Positions 40,666 through 51,063 of a stretch of DNA of 64,000 bases are shown here, in pieces. The position numbers and the translations under genes were made by a program. Position 1 is the stretch's first letter; every line of letters begins with the position of its first letter. The notes below the pieces were generated by a model. The model saw only the letters and a list, made by a program, of their open reading frames with translations, had not been told where the DNA came from and ran no database searches. Origin of the DNA: an uncultured delta proteobacterium (GTDB lineage: Bacteria > Desulfobacterota > Binatia > Binatales > Binataceae); assembly GCA_963794325.1 (NCBI GenBank), contig CAWCDG010000002.1:512001-576000 (forward strand). Reading direction: 5' to 3'.

Positions 40666-42609
40666 CTAGAAGGCGGCGTACCATGGGACTTCGTGCGGAT
40701 TCTGAACTTCCCAATTTATATTGAACGCCTGTAATAGCGTGCCGTCGGAGTGCTCAAGCGCGAGCTTGGCGTTCTCGAGATCGACCTCGGCCTGCACCTG
40801 GTTGCCCTCGGCGCTCACTTCCTCTTCCTGGAATTGGAGCAGATCGTGGGTGGTCGCCATCCCGACGCGGAATCGGATCTGCTCATCATGCAGCGACTGT
40901 CGAGCATAGAACGTCGCCGACGCGGTCGCGGAAGCGCGCTTATAGTCCGCATACAGGTTAGCGAGCGCGCTCTGCACATTGACCACCGTCTGGGAAAGCG
41001 CTGCTCGATAGAGCACGCGCTGCTGTTCGTATTGCACCCGCGCCTGCGCGAGAGCCGCGCGCGGCACCGCGTTATCCAGCGGCATCTGGAACGTCAGCAC
41101 GGCGGCGTAGTTGTAGTAGGTGAAGCCCCACAGGCGATCGAGCGCGTCGCCGTAGATTCCGCCGAACGGCAGTCTGTTGCCGGGGACGTTCGTAGGGGGC
41201 GGAGTCGGATTCGGAATAAAGCAGTTCGGGTTCGCGACGGTCTTGCTGAAGCTTGCCTGGCACGGCGTGGTTCCAGCTGTCGAAGTCAGGCCGAACTGCG
41301 CGCCGAGGTTGAGCTGCGGCAGCACCTGGTTCTCCGAGAACTTGACCTGCAACAATGCATCGCGAATCGCCTCGCGCATACTGCCGAGTGACGGTACGTA
41401 CTGGACGGCCAGCTCGAGCGCCCGCTCCTCATCGACGCCCACCTGCTCCTGCGGATTCGGCCGCGTGAGCGGCTGGATTTCCTCGGGCAGGAAGGTGCCG
41501 TACGGATTCAGCATCACGTCCTGCCGAAGCTGGGTGCGCGAATTTTTCAGGTTGGCCTCGGCGGTATAGACGTTAGCCTCCGAAGTCGCCGCCGCCGATT
41601 GCGCTTCCTGCAGATCGATCGGCGCCAGCGTGCCTACCTTAACGCTGATTGCGTTCTGCCGGACGAGGTCAAGATTGAAGCGCAGCGCGGCGCGTGCGAC
41701 CTGGAGATTTTCTTCGGACAGCACGACGTTCCAGTAATCGCCGCCGATTTTCTGCACGAAATCCTGCAGCGCCTGCCCATAATTCCATTGCGCCTGCTTC
41801 TGACCCGACTCTGCTATCCGCACGTTGATTGTCGCGAACTGCCAGCCGAAGTTCTGCAGCAATGGCTGTGAGAGCGAGAGTGCCAAGTTCGGCGCGTACG
41901 AAGGATTCACTCCTGCAAAAGTCGAATTCGAGAGCGCGCGATCGTTGTTGAACGTCACGCCCCAGGTCCCGTTGGTGACCGAGGAGACTTTGTTGAGGCC
42001 GAAGTTCCAATCGTAAAATTTCTGCACGAACGCGGTGCTGCCACCGGTCTGCAAGGCGGAAGTGACCGGCACGACGCTCTTCTCGATATCTCCCTGCGCG
42101 GTGAGATTGGGATCGAAAGTCCCGTTCGCCTCGCGCACCGTTTCCATCGAGGCGACCGGGTCAAGTTCGGAGGCCTTCAGCGACGGATTATTCTGCATCG
42201 CGATGTAGATGGCTTCCTTGAGTGTCAGACCGCGCGCGGAGGAATCTTCCGAGTGCAGGTAGCGCTCGCTGATCACGTCGTCGGGCGCGATTTGTTTGGT
42301 CAGCGACCACTGATGCGCGAAGATGCGCGGCAGATTCAACAAGTCGTCGTGATGCTCGAACTGGTTGGACGCGCTCGGCGGCACACTGGCATGCGGCGGC
42401 GTCTGCGGCCCATTCCACGGCACCGACTGCATCTGGATCGGTCCGTTGAGATCCGGCGGCGGCAATGGCGTGGTCGGCAGCGATCCCCTGACTGCGAGTG
42501 GATTCGGACTCGGATTAGCACTTGGGACCTGCGCGTGCCCCGGCGAGGCACCGATCGTGAGCACCGAAACGATCAACATTGCAAGAGAGATGAATTTACT
42601 TCTCGACAT
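40666..42609 (-). CDS. TolC family outer membrane protein
   Basis: Signal peptide; LTLKEAI..A..NNP, LSQPLLQNFG, RFRVGMATT. Confidence 0.88.
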   Translation of the reverse strand: MSRSKFISLAMLIVSVLTIGASPGHAQVPSANPSPNPLAVRGSLPTTPLPPPDLNGPIQMQSVPWNGPQTPPHASVPPSASNQFEHHDDLLNLPRIFAHQWSLTKQIAPDDVISERYLHSEDSSARGLTLKEAIYIAMQNNPSLKASELDPVASMETVREANGTFDPNLTAQGDIEKSVVPVTSALQTGGSTAFVQKFYDWNFGLNKVSSVTNGTWGVTFNNDRALSNSTFAGVNPSYAPNLALSLSQPLLQNFGWQFATINVRIAESGQKQAQWNYGQALQDFVQKIGGDYWNVVLSEENLQVARAALRFNLDLVRQNAISVKVGTLAPIDLQEAQSAAATSEANVYTAEANLKNSRTQLRQDVMLNPYGTFLPEEIQPLTRPNPQEQVGVDEERALELAVQYVPSLGSMREAIRDALLQVKFSENQVLPQLNLGAQFGLTSTAGTTPCQASFSKTVANPNCFIPNPTPPPTNVPGNRLPFGGIYGDALDRLWGFTYYNYAAVLTFQMPLDNAVPRAALAQARVQYEQQRVLYRAALSQTVVNVQSALANLYADYKRASATASATFYARQSLHDEQIRFRVGMATTHDLLQFQEEEVSAEGNQVQAEVDLENAKLALEHSDGTLLQAFNINWEVQNPHEVPWYAAF

Positions 42610-42826
42610 TCTAACGGACCTCCTTGTACCTGTTGCCATCACCGGCGATGGCCCGCCACTTTCCGCACACGCCGATTACGCGGTTGGACTCCGCAGTTGC
42701 GATCGAACTGCCGGCACCGAATCGAAGCGAAGCGCTTGCGCGGCGCCAATCAGGTCGCGATTATAGCCAAGGCGGTCAGCCTTGTCTTGCGGTATTGAGC
42801 CGAGCCGAGCCGCATCTGGAGATGGC

Positions 42827-43387
42827 ATGCGCGGATTCAGATTTCTCGTCGTAGTACTCATCCTGTCGCCGATCATTATGCTCGCGCTGGGCGAGCCGAA
42901 ACTCGCGCGGCAACCCTTCGCGCAAGTTACCGCGGCGCCCGGACCCGCGCCACTGACTGCACCGGTGGCTCCGGGTCAGCCGCAGCCATTCTCGACGATC
43001 GGAGCGCTGCCCTCTCTAGCAGCGGCACCGGGGTTCACTCCGGCGGCCGTCGCGAGCATAGCCGCGACGCCGCGCGCGTTTCGATGTACTTGCGGGGCGC
43101 CGGGAACCTGGACCGAGTGGGCCGGTATCGTGTCGTCGTCCAGCTATGTCCTCGCGAGTCAGTCCGCGCGCGGGCAGTGCGCCAACTATCTGCTGAACGC
43201 GAACGCGCCGTCGCCGTACATCAATCAAAACGGATCTACGCTGAACCAGCAAAGGCCGACGATCTACAACGGCACCGCGTTCACGCAGCGCGCGCAGGTA
43301 AACACCTCGGTGGGCCAATCCTTCCTGCAGCAACGCTCTACGACCACGTCGTTGACGAGCGAATGCTCGCGATGCGCCTGCAACTAA
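42827..43387 (+). CDS. Hypothetical exported protein with Cys motifs
   Basis: Signal peptide; CTC, C and terminal CSRCACN. Confidence 0.65.
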   Translation: MRGFRFLVVVLILSPIIMLALGEPKLARQPFAQVTAAPGPAPLTAPVAPGQPQPFSTIGALPSLAAAPGFTPAAVASIAATPRAFRCTCGAPGTWTEWAGIVSSSSYVLASQSARGQCANYLLNANAPSPYINQNGSTLNQQRPTIYNGTAFTQRAQVNTSVGQSFLQQRSTTTSLTSECSRCACN

Positions 43388-43388
43388 C

Positions 43389-44285
43389 TTAGTCGATTAA
43401 TTTTTTCAGATCTTCGGGAAGCGGCGCAGTCACCTTGGCGTGACCGACTGCCGGCGAGTCGAAAGCGATGTCGCAAAGATGCAGCCAGAAGCGTCCGTGC
43501 GCGAGCGATTCGCTCGCCGGACCGCCGTACAGAGTGTCGCCAACAATAGGCAGCCCGATGCTCGCGAGATGCACGCGGATCTGATGGCGGCTGCCGGTCT
43601 TCGGCGCAATTGATAGCAGGGTGAACGCTCCGACGCGGCGAATTGGATCGACGACAGTGCTCGCGGGACGGCCGGCGCGTTTCGGATTCGCGCTCGACGG
43701 ATCGCCGACGATCATCTTGCGCGCGTTCTTCGCATGATGCGCGATCGGCGCGTCAATCTCCGTCTTGCTTTCGAGCACGCCGGCGACCAGCGCCTCATAG
43801 CGGCGCGCGATTTTTCCCGCACGAATTGCATCGCGCAGTTTGTCGAACGTGCCGCGATTGCGCGCAATCAGCAGCGCGCCCGAAGTGCCGTTGTCCAGCC
43901 GATGCACCAATCCGCCTTCGAGCGGCTTCTCGCCAACCGTCGCAATTTCGGGAAACCGCGCGACGACCGCATTCATGACGGTGTCGCGCTCGTCAGCATT
44001 CAGCGGATGGCACGGCATGCCGCCGGCTTTATTCACGACGATCACGCTCGCATCTTCATGGACAACTTCGAGCGGTAGATCGGCGTTAGGCTCGATCACG
44101 GCGCGTCGATTGGTCGAAGCAACTTCGATGCGATCGTCGGCGCCGACGATTTCACTCTTCTTCGAGCGCCGCCCGTTGATCCGCACCAACCCGCGCTCGA
44201 CCAGCTCTTGCGCAACCCGCCGCGACGACGCGAACCCAGTGCGCACCAGGTAATGATCGAGCCGTTCTTTTGCTATGTCGGGCAA
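43389..44285 (-). CDS. RluA family pseudouridine synthase with S4 domain
   Basis: RLDHYL, VNKAGG, VHRLD..TSG, TGSRHQIRVH, GDTLYG. Confidence 0.93.
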   Translation of the reverse strand: MPDIAKERLDHYLVRTGFASSRRVAQELVERGLVRINGRRSKKSEIVGADDRIEVASTNRRAVIEPNADLPLEVVHEDASVIVVNKAGGMPCHPLNADERDTVMNAVVARFPEIATVGEKPLEGGLVHRLDNGTSGALLIARNRGTFDKLRDAIRAGKIARRYEALVAGVLESKTEIDAPIAHHAKNARKMIVGDPSSANPKRAGRPASTVVDPIRRVGAFTLLSIAPKTGSRHQIRVHLASIGLPIVGDTLYGGPASESLAHGRFWLHLCDIAFDSPAVGHAKVTAPLPEDLKKLID

Positions 44286-44290
44286 ACTAC

Positions 44291-44458
44291 TTAGTGGCTC
44301 GCGGCGGCGCTTGTGGGAGTTGCTGCTGGCGGACGGTTGTACACCGAAAATTGTATGGTCGCAGCGTAGAGCAGAATGCCGAGCAGGATTGCTACGGTGA
44401 GAATATCCACGAAGCCGAGTTGGGTTGCGCCGCGCGCATGACGATTGAATCGCCGCAT
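44291..44458 (-). CDS. 55-aa small membrane protein (absent from ORF track)
   Basis: MRRFNRHARGATQLGFVDILTVAILLGILLYAATIQFSVYNRPPAATPTSAAASH; TAAGGAG RBS. Confidence 0.7.
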   Translation of the reverse strand: MRRFNRHARGATQLGFVDILTVAILLGILLYAATIQFSVYNRPPAATPTSAAASH

Positions 44459-44481
44459 TCGTTCTCCTTACCGATGCACCA

Positions 44482-47421
44482 CTATACTCCCGCCGCTGTG
44501 CGCAATGCCGAACGGACTTGACGGCCTCGCTCAGGCAATCCGAACAATCGCCGCAACTCGCGACCGGTCTCCGATTTCTCGCACGCCGCGATATCGAGCG
44601 GGGAACCAGTCGCGACGACGCGCCCGCCGTCGCCGCCGCCGCCGGGTCCGAGATCGATCACATAGTCGGCGTTCGCGATGAACTCGAGGTTGTGCTCGAT
44701 CACCACCAGCGTGTTGCCTTCGGTGACCAGCCGATTGAGCACTTTGATCAGGCGCTTGATGTCGGTCGAGCTGAGCCCGGTGGTCGGCTCGTCGAGGATG
44801 AACATCCGCGGCAAGTGCTTCCCGTCCTCGCCCGCAGGAGCCGGTTCGAGGTCGGCCAGCAGGAAGCGCGCGAGCTTGAGCCGCTGCGCCTCGCCGCCGG
44901 ACAGCGTCGAGGTGGTCTGGCCGAGCCGGATGTACCCGAGGCCGACCGCGATTAGCGCGTCGAGCCGCTTGACGATCGCCGGGTGATGGATGAAAAACGC
45001 GCGCGCGTCTTCGACAGTCAGATCGAGCACCTGGTTGATGCTGTAGTTGCGCAGCTTGATCGCGAGAATATGGCTCTGGAAGCGGCGGCCGTCGCACGCG
45101 TCGCATTTCACTTCGAGGTCCGCCATGAAATGCATCTCGATCGTGACGGTGCCCGTGCCGCTGCATTTTTCGCATCGCCCGCCGGTGACGTTGAACGAAA
45201 AATGCCGCGCTTGCACGCCCAGCCGGCGCGCCTCGGGACTGGCGGCGAACAGCTTGCGGATGTCGTCGTAGATTTTCAGATAGGTCGCGGGATTCGATCG
45301 CATCGATCGCGTCGGCAATTCCTGCCCCATATGCACCATCTCGCCGATCAGCTCGAGGCCGTCGATACGCTCACATTCACCAGCCTCTGCCGACGTATTG
45401 CCGGAGTGGCGCAAATAATTGTTGTAGAGAACGTCCTCGACCAGCGTCGATTTTCCTGATCCGGAAACGCCTGTCACGCAAATCATCCGGCCGGCCGGGA
45501 GCGCGACGTCTATACCGGCAAGATTGTGCTCGCGCGCTCCGACGATTCGAATCGCGGGATCGCGCTTTGAAAATTTGCGCTGCTTGGCCAGCGCGCGCAT
45601 CAGCAGCACGCGCCCCGGCGACGACGCCATGCTGTCGAGCGTCGCCTTGGCCGGCACTCCCGAATACGTGAGCTCGCCGCCTTCGCTGCCACCGCCGGGG
45701 CCAAGCTCGACGACGTGATCTGCGCCCGCGATCATCGCAGGATCGTGCTCGACGACGACGACGGTGTTGCCGAAGTCGCGCAGGCTGTACAGCACCGCGA
45801 GCAGCCGCCGCGCGTCTGCCGCATGAAGGCCGACGGTAGGCTCGTCGAGCGCGTAGAGCGTCCCGACCAGCACGCTGCCGAGTGCGCTCGCGAGATGTAT
45901 CCGCTGCGCCTCGCCGCCCGACAGCGTGCGCGCCTGCCGCTCGACCGTCAGGTAGCCGAGCCCGACTTCGAGCAGGTAGTTGACGCGATTGCGCAGCTCG
46001 CGCATCACGACCGCGGCGCGCGTCGCGACTTCAGGTATCGTTCCGATTTTGTCGAGCCATTCGACGAGGTCGCGAATCGAGAGCCGCCCGGCGTCGGCGA
46101 TCGATTTGCCGTCCACCAGCACGTTCAGCGCCTCGGCCTTGAGCTTGGCGCCGCCGCATGCGGGGCAGGTGACGAAGCGCCGATACTTCGCGAGCAGAAT
46201 CCGCACGTGAGTCTTGTAGCGGCGTCCTTCGAGCCACTTGAAGAAGCCGTGCACGCCCGGCCACTTGTCTTCGTCCCACTTCGCACGAGGACCTTCATCG
46301 CCGTCGAGCAGCCACGTGCGCTCCTCGTCGGTCATCTCGCGGAACGGCGCCGACGTGCGAATTTTTCTGCGGCGCGCCAGCTTGAGCATCCAGTCGTTCA
46401 TCTCGCGATACGCCGGCGTGCGCCACGGCGCGACCAGCCCGTTGCGCATCGAGCGACTGTGATCCGGAAGCACCTTGTCGAGATCGAGTTCGACGGTGCG
46501 GCCGAAGCCTTCGCATTCGGGACACGCTCCGATTGGGCTATTCGACGAAAACAGCGCCGTGGTCGGCTCGGCGAACGCCGTCGCGCATCGCGAGCAATTG
46601 AAGCGCCGATCGAAATCGATCGCGTCGATGCTATGCGTATTGCCGTTATCCCGCTCGACGCGTACCGCCCGCGCACGTCCACTGCCTAGATAGAAGGCTT
46701 TCTCTAGCGCCTCGCGCACGCGCTCGATCTCGCCCTCACCATTCACCGAAATACGATCGACGACGACCATCATCGTGTTGTCGATCGGCGGCTGCGGCGT
46801 CGGCGCAGTACCGTTCAGCGCCTCAGCCGCGATTGCGCGCGCCGCAAACTCCGCCGTCTCGGTGATCGCGTCGTTAGCGTACAGTCGATGGTACCCGTTC
46901 TGAATCAGATAGCCGGCCGCGTCGGGAATCGATCGCGATCCCGCCTCGAACGGCGCCAGGATGACGTACAGCCCCACTGTCTCGAGGATTCGCGCGCCCG
47001 CACTCTCGACACTGTCGCGGCTAACCTCGCCGCCACATTTCGGACAAATGGTATGCCCGACCGTCGCGAACAGCAGACGCAGGTAGTCGCTGATTTCCGT
47101 GACGGTGCCGACCGTCGAGCGCGCATTCTTGATCGTGTTTTTCTGGCGCAGCGCAAGCGCCGGCGGAATCTCCGAGATCGCATCGACATCCGGCCGTTCC
47201 ATCCGCTCGAGGAACAAGCGCGCGTAGGTCGACAGACTCTGCACGTAGCGCCGCTGCCCCTCGGCATAAACGGTATCGAAGACCAGGCTCGATTTGCCCG
47301 AGCCCGAGACTCCGGTGACGACGGTCAGCTTCTCGCGGGGAATTTCGAGCGAGATATTGGCCAGGTTGTGAGTGCGCGCGCCCCGGATACTGATTGAGCG
47401 ATCCAAGCTTCTCCCAGCCAC
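44482..47421 (-). CDS. uvrA: Excinuclease ABC subunit A (probable paralog)
   Basis: Two GVSGSGKS and LSGGEAQR ATPase modules with zinc fingers; [11 protein letters not shown]. Confidence 0.92.
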   Translation of the reverse strand: MAGRSLDRSISIRGARTHNLANISLEIPREKLTVVTGVSGSGKSSLVFDTVYAEGQRRYVQSLSTYARLFLERMERPDVDAISEIPPALALRQKNTIKNARSTVGTVTEISDYLRLLFATVGHTICPKCGGEVSRDSVESAGARILETVGLYVILAPFEAGSRSIPDAAGYLIQNGYHRLYANDAITETAEFAARAIAAEALNGTAPTPQPPIDNTMMVVVDRISVNGEGEIERVREALEKAFYLGSGRARAVRVERDNGNTHSIDAIDFDRRFNCSRCATAFAEPTTALFSSNSPIGACPECEGFGRTVELDLDKVLPDHSRSMRNGLVAPWRTPAYREMNDWMLKLARRRKIRTSAPFREMTDEERTWLLDGDEGPRAKWDEDKWPGVHGFFKWLEGRRYKTHVRILLAKYRRFVTCPACGGAKLKAEALNVLVDGKSIADAGRLSIRDLVEWLDKIGTIPEVATRAAVVMRELRNRVNYLLEVGLGYLTVERQARTLSGGEAQRIHLASALGSVLVGTLYALDEPTVGLHAADARRLLAVLYSLRDFGNTVVVVEHDPAMIAGADHVVELGPGGGSEGGELTYSGVPAKATLDSMASSPGRVLLMRALAKQRKFSKRDPAIRIVGAREHNLAGIDVALPAGRMICVTGVSGSGKSTLVEDVLYNNYLRHSGNTSAEAGECERIDGLELIGEMVHMGQELPTRSMRSNPATYLKIYDDIRKLFAASPEARRLGVQARHFSFNVTGGRCEKCSGTGTVTIEMHFMADLEVKCDACDGRRFQSHILAIKLRNYSINQVLDLTVEDARAFFIHHPAIVKRLDALIAVGLGYIRLGQTTSTLSGGEAQRLKLARFLLADLEPAPAGEDGKHLPRMFILDEPTTGLSSTDIKRLIKVLNRLVTEGNTLVVIEHNLEFIANADYVIDLGPGGGGDGGRVVATGSPLDIAACEKSETGRELRRLFGLPERGRQVRSALRTAAGV

Positions 47422-47643
47422 TTACCGAGGGTCTGCGATGGGTCGCGCTTTCTTTTTGCGCTCGCCCGGATATTCGTCGGCGACTTTTGCGTATAACTCG
47501 GCGAGCTGGACGTCGAATTTCGCCTGGAGGCGGCGGGTTTCGGCCTCGCGTTCGGCGACCGGCATCGGAGCGATCCGGGCCAGTTCCTCTTCGAGCCGCT
47601 GCATCAGGCGATTTCGCGCCACCAGGTATTCGTAGCCATTCAT
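47422..47643 (-). CDS. Small hypothetical protein
   Basis: Helical 73-aa ORF abutting uvrA. Confidence 0.65.
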   Translation of the reverse strand: MNGYEYLVARNRLMQRLEEELARIAPMPVAEREAETRRLQAKFDVQLAELYAKVADEYPGERKKKARPIADPR

Positions 47644-47726
47644 AGGCGCTAAAACCTCAAATTCCAAAGATCAGAATTATAGGTTATCCTGCGACGAGCG
47701 AATAGCCCGCGACCTCGTCGAGCACC

Positions 47727-48524
47727 TTGCCTGTGGAAACTCATACTGAATCGTCACGCAAATCCGCCAACCTGGAAATCGTGCGCGCGTGGCCCGATAC
47801 TGCGATCTGCCACGGATTCATCGGGCGCGCGGGTGGCGTCAGCAAGGGCGCGTTCGCGTCGATGAATCTTTCTTATTGGGTCGGCGACGACGAGCGCGCG
47901 GTCGATACCAACTGGAAGCGTCTCCGTCGCGAGGTGCCGGAGCTCGAAATGGTCGCGCGGCTGAACCAGGTCCATGGCAACGTCGTTCACGCCGCGACTC
48001 GCGACACTGAGGGGTTGCGGCCGGCGGGCGACGGGATCGTCACTGCCGAGCCCGGCGTGATGCTGGGGATATTCACCGCCGACTGCGTGCCGATCCTGAT
48101 GGTCGATTCGAAACACAAAATAGCCGGCGCATTGCACGCGGGATGGCGCGGCGTTATCTCGGATATCGCCGATGCGGGCATGCGCGCGATGGTCCATCTC
48201 GGCGCCGTCGCGTCCGACATTAGCGCTGCGATGGGGCCATCGATTGGCCAGTGCTGTTTCGAAGTGGACGCCGATCTTGGCGATCGCTTTGGCCGTGAGA
48301 TCGCCGGCGCATCAAATCACACGAGGGCAGGGCGTCCGGGCAAGGCCTTCATCGATTTGCGCGGCGTCGTGAGCGACCAGCTCGAACGCGCAGGACTCGC
48401 GCCCACAAACATCACAAGTGTTGGCCCATGCACTCGATGCTCATCTGATCGTTTCTTCTCGCGTCGTGCGGCCGGCGGAACAGTCACCGGCCTTCAGATG
48501 AGCTTCGTCGGCTTTGCCGCGTAG
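47727..48524 (+). CDS. pgeF: PgeF/YfiH family protein
   Basis: QVHG, TADCVP, HAGWRG, GPSIG.CCFEV, FFSRR. Confidence 0.92.
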   Translation: MPVETHTESSRKSANLEIVRAWPDTAICHGFIGRAGGVSKGAFASMNLSYWVGDDERAVDTNWKRLRREVPELEMVARLNQVHGNVVHAATRDTEGLRPAGDGIVTAEPGVMLGIFTADCVPILMVDSKHKIAGALHAGWRGVISDIADAGMRAMVHLGAVASDISAAMGPSIGQCCFEVDADLGDRFGREIAGASNHTRAGRPGKAFIDLRGVVSDQLERAGLAPTNITSVGPCTRCSSDRFFSRRAAGGTVTGLQMSFVGFAA

Positions 48525-48528
48525 CAAC

Positions 48529-48687
48529 ATGCCTCAACGCAAGCCAAAGAAACTTCGCCCGGGCGATTTGATCGCGAAAATTCGCAAGCCGATGGCGCCG
48601 CCGTCGAAAACCATTGAGGATCCGACCAAGTACAAGCGCGAGCGCGAGCTGGAAAGACTCCGCCGCGAGCGAGATTTGAATGAGTAA
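48529..48687 (+). CDS. 52-aa basic small protein (absent from ORF track)
   Basis: MPQRKPKKLRPGDLIAKIRKPMAPPSKTIEDPTKYKRERELERLRRERDLNE, directly after pgeF. Confidence 0.65.
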   Translation: MPQRKPKKLRPGDLIAKIRKPMAPPSKTIEDPTKYKRERELERLRRERDLNE

Positions 48688-48742
48688 CGTGCGCGTTGGG
48701 ACGGAGGCAGAATCTTGAATCGCGCAGGGCGCTGTATTCGGA

Positions 48743-48777
48743 CCCTCACCTTAATCCTCTCCCTTACAGGGAGAGGA
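48743..48777. repeat. REP-like palindrome related to family A
   Basis: ccctcaccttaa-tcctctccct-tac-agggagagga. Confidence 0.6.
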
Positions 48778-48788
48778 GACAGACACTG

Positions 48789-49889
48789 ATGCCGACTCCT
48801 ATCACTGGACAGATTCGCGTCGGGATCATCGGCGCCGGCCTCATCGGCCAGTTGCATTCGATGATGCTCCGATACGTCGCCGATCGCACCGAGCAAAGCG
48901 TGCGCGTGGTCTCCGTCGCCGACCTGTCGCATGCAGCGGCTGAGAGTCTGGCCGCGAGATGGCAGGGCGCCCGCGCGTTCGAGTCGGCTGAGGAGATAAT
49001 CGCCGATCCGTCGATCGACGCGGTATGGATCTGCACGCCGACTTCGATGCATCGCAAGGTCTGCATTGCCGCCGCTGAAGCGGGCAAGCATATCTTCTGC
49101 GAGAAGCCGCTCGCGATGACCGCGGCGGAAGCATCCGCGATGGCGGCTGCTATCAAAGCGTCTGGCGTGATTAGCCAGGTCGGACTCGTGCTGCGATTTT
49201 CGCCGGTGTACAACGTGATCAAGACGATGTTCGAAGCGCCGGATGTCGGCGGATTGCTCAGCGTCACGATGCGCGACGATCAGGATTTTCCGACGCGCGG
49301 TGCGCATGCGAGCGCATGGCGTAACGATCCGTCGCTGACCGCGGGCGGCACTCTTATCGAGCACAGCGTCCACGACTTCGATCTGCTGACGTGGATGTTC
49401 GGTCCCGTCACCAGCCTCTATTGCCGCACCCGCAACCTGAACGGCGCCGACGGCGTCGAAGACTTCGGCGCGACCTCGATGGAATTTGCCGGCGGCTGGC
49501 ACGGACAGCTCACTTCGATCTGGCATCGGATGATTGCGCGCGCCAGCAATCGACGACTTGAAGTGTTCGCCGAGAACTTGTTTGTTGGCTGCGACGCCGA
49601 TACGCTCGGTCCGATCGTTTTTCAGCGCGGATCCGGCGCCCAGGAAGAGACGATCACTGCCGACGAAGTGATGGCGAGATTCACCGACCAAATATTGCGC
49701 GAGCGGCCGTACCTCGCGCCGATTAAGGATCGCCTGATGATCCCGTACGCCGCCGAGGATGCGACATTTGTCGCCGCGCTCAAGGGCGCGTGTGAGCCCG
49801 ATCCCGAATTTGCCGCCGGGGTATCGGCGCAGCGCATGGTCGAAGCGGCCTATGAATCCGCGCGCACCGGCGCTACGGTGAAACTCTAA
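48789..49889 (+). CDS. Gfo/Idh/MocA family oxidoreductase
   Basis: GIIGAGLIG, ICTPT..H, GKHIFCEKP, GGTLIEHSVH. Confidence 0.92.
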   Translation: MPTPITGQIRVGIIGAGLIGQLHSMMLRYVADRTEQSVRVVSVADLSHAAAESLAARWQGARAFESAEEIIADPSIDAVWICTPTSMHRKVCIAAAEAGKHIFCEKPLAMTAAEASAMAAAIKASGVISQVGLVLRFSPVYNVIKTMFEAPDVGGLLSVTMRDDQDFPTRGAHASAWRNDPSLTAGGTLIEHSVHDFDLLTWMFGPVTSLYCRTRNLNGADGVEDFGATSMEFAGGWHGQLTSIWHRMIARASNRRLEVFAENLFVGCDADTLGPIVFQRGSGAQEETITADEVMARFTDQILRERPYLAPIKDRLMIPYAAEDATFVAALKGACEPDPEFAAGVSAQRMVEAAYESARTGATVKL

Positions 49890-49931
49890 ACTTAAAGCGT
49901 TACTTTAATCCAAAGGGATGCCTCCTCACTT

Positions 49932-51041
49932 ATGATCGATTTTGAACTCAGCGAAGAACAACAGATGATCCGCGACAGCGTCGGTGCATTCGCGCGCGAG
50001 GAGATTCGTCCCGCGGCGCGGCCCGCCGACGAAAGCGGTACGATTCCCGCCGCACTGGTCACCAAGGCGTGGCAATTCGGATTCGTCAGCGGCAGTATCC
50101 CCGAGAAGTTCGGCGGCGGTGGCGATGCGCGCTCGGCAGTGACCGGCGCAATCGTCGCGGAGGAGCTCGGCTTCGGCGACATCTCGATCGGACTGCACAT
50201 CCTCGCGCCGCGCCTGTTCGCATTTCCGATCGTCGAAATGGGTACCGACGACCAACGCGCCAAGTACTTGAAAAAATTCGCCGGCGCGGACTTCGCCGCA
50301 GCAACCGCGGCCGTGATGGAGCCGCGCTTCGATTTCGACTTGTCGGCGCAGCAGATGACGGCCAAACGCGACGGTGCTGGATACGTCCTGAATGGCGGCA
50401 AGTGCTACGTGCCGCTCGCAGCCGAATCCGATTCGATTCTGATCTATGCGACGACCGACGCGTCGAAGGGTTATGCAGGCGTCGACGGTTTCATCGTTCA
50501 GCGCAATTCGGCAGGGGTCACGATTTCCGAACGCGAGAAGAACATGGGGCTCAAGCCGCTCGCGACTTATGAACTCACGCTGAAAGATTGCCGCGTCGGC
50601 GCCGACGCGCGACTGGGCGGCGACAAGGGTATCGACTTTTCGCGTTTGATGAGCGAGTCGCGAGTAGCGTTTGCCGCGATGGGCGTTGGCGTGATGAATG
50701 GCGCGTTCGAATACGCCCGCGATTACGCCAAGGAACGCAAGGCGTTCGGGGTGCCAATCGCGACCAAGCAGGCGATCGCGTTTATCCTCGCCGACATGGC
50801 GATTGAAATCGACGCGGCGCGCCTGCTGGTGTGGGAAGCGGCGTACGAACTCGACAAGGGCCGGGACGCGCTGAAGGCAAGTTACCTCGCGAAAAATTAC
50901 GTCGCTCAGAGCGCGCTCAAAGTGACTGACAACGGCGTGCAGGTGCTCGGCGGCCACGGTTACATCCGCGAGCATCCGGTCGAGATGTGGCTGCGCAACG
51001 CGCGTGGGTTTTCCGCAATCGAAGGAATCGCAACGGTCTGA
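49932..51041 (+). CDS. Acyl-CoA dehydrogenase
   Basis: MIDFELSEEQ, YAKERKAFG, QVLGGHGY. Confidence 0.93.
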   Translation: MIDFELSEEQQMIRDSVGAFAREEIRPAARPADESGTIPAALVTKAWQFGFVSGSIPEKFGGGGDARSAVTGAIVAEELGFGDISIGLHILAPRLFAFPIVEMGTDDQRAKYLKKFAGADFAAATAAVMEPRFDFDLSAQQMTAKRDGAGYVLNGGKCYVPLAAESDSILIYATTDASKGYAGVDGFIVQRNSAGVTISEREKNMGLKPLATYELTLKDCRVGADARLGGDKGIDFSRLMSESRVAFAAMGVGVMNGAFEYARDYAKERKAFGVPIATKQAIAFILADMAIEIDAARLLVWEAAYELDKGRDALKASYLAKNYVAQSALKVTDNGVQVLGGHGYIREHPVEMWLRNARGFSAIEGIATV

Positions 51042-51063
51042 CGGGCCGCGACGGAGATAAATC

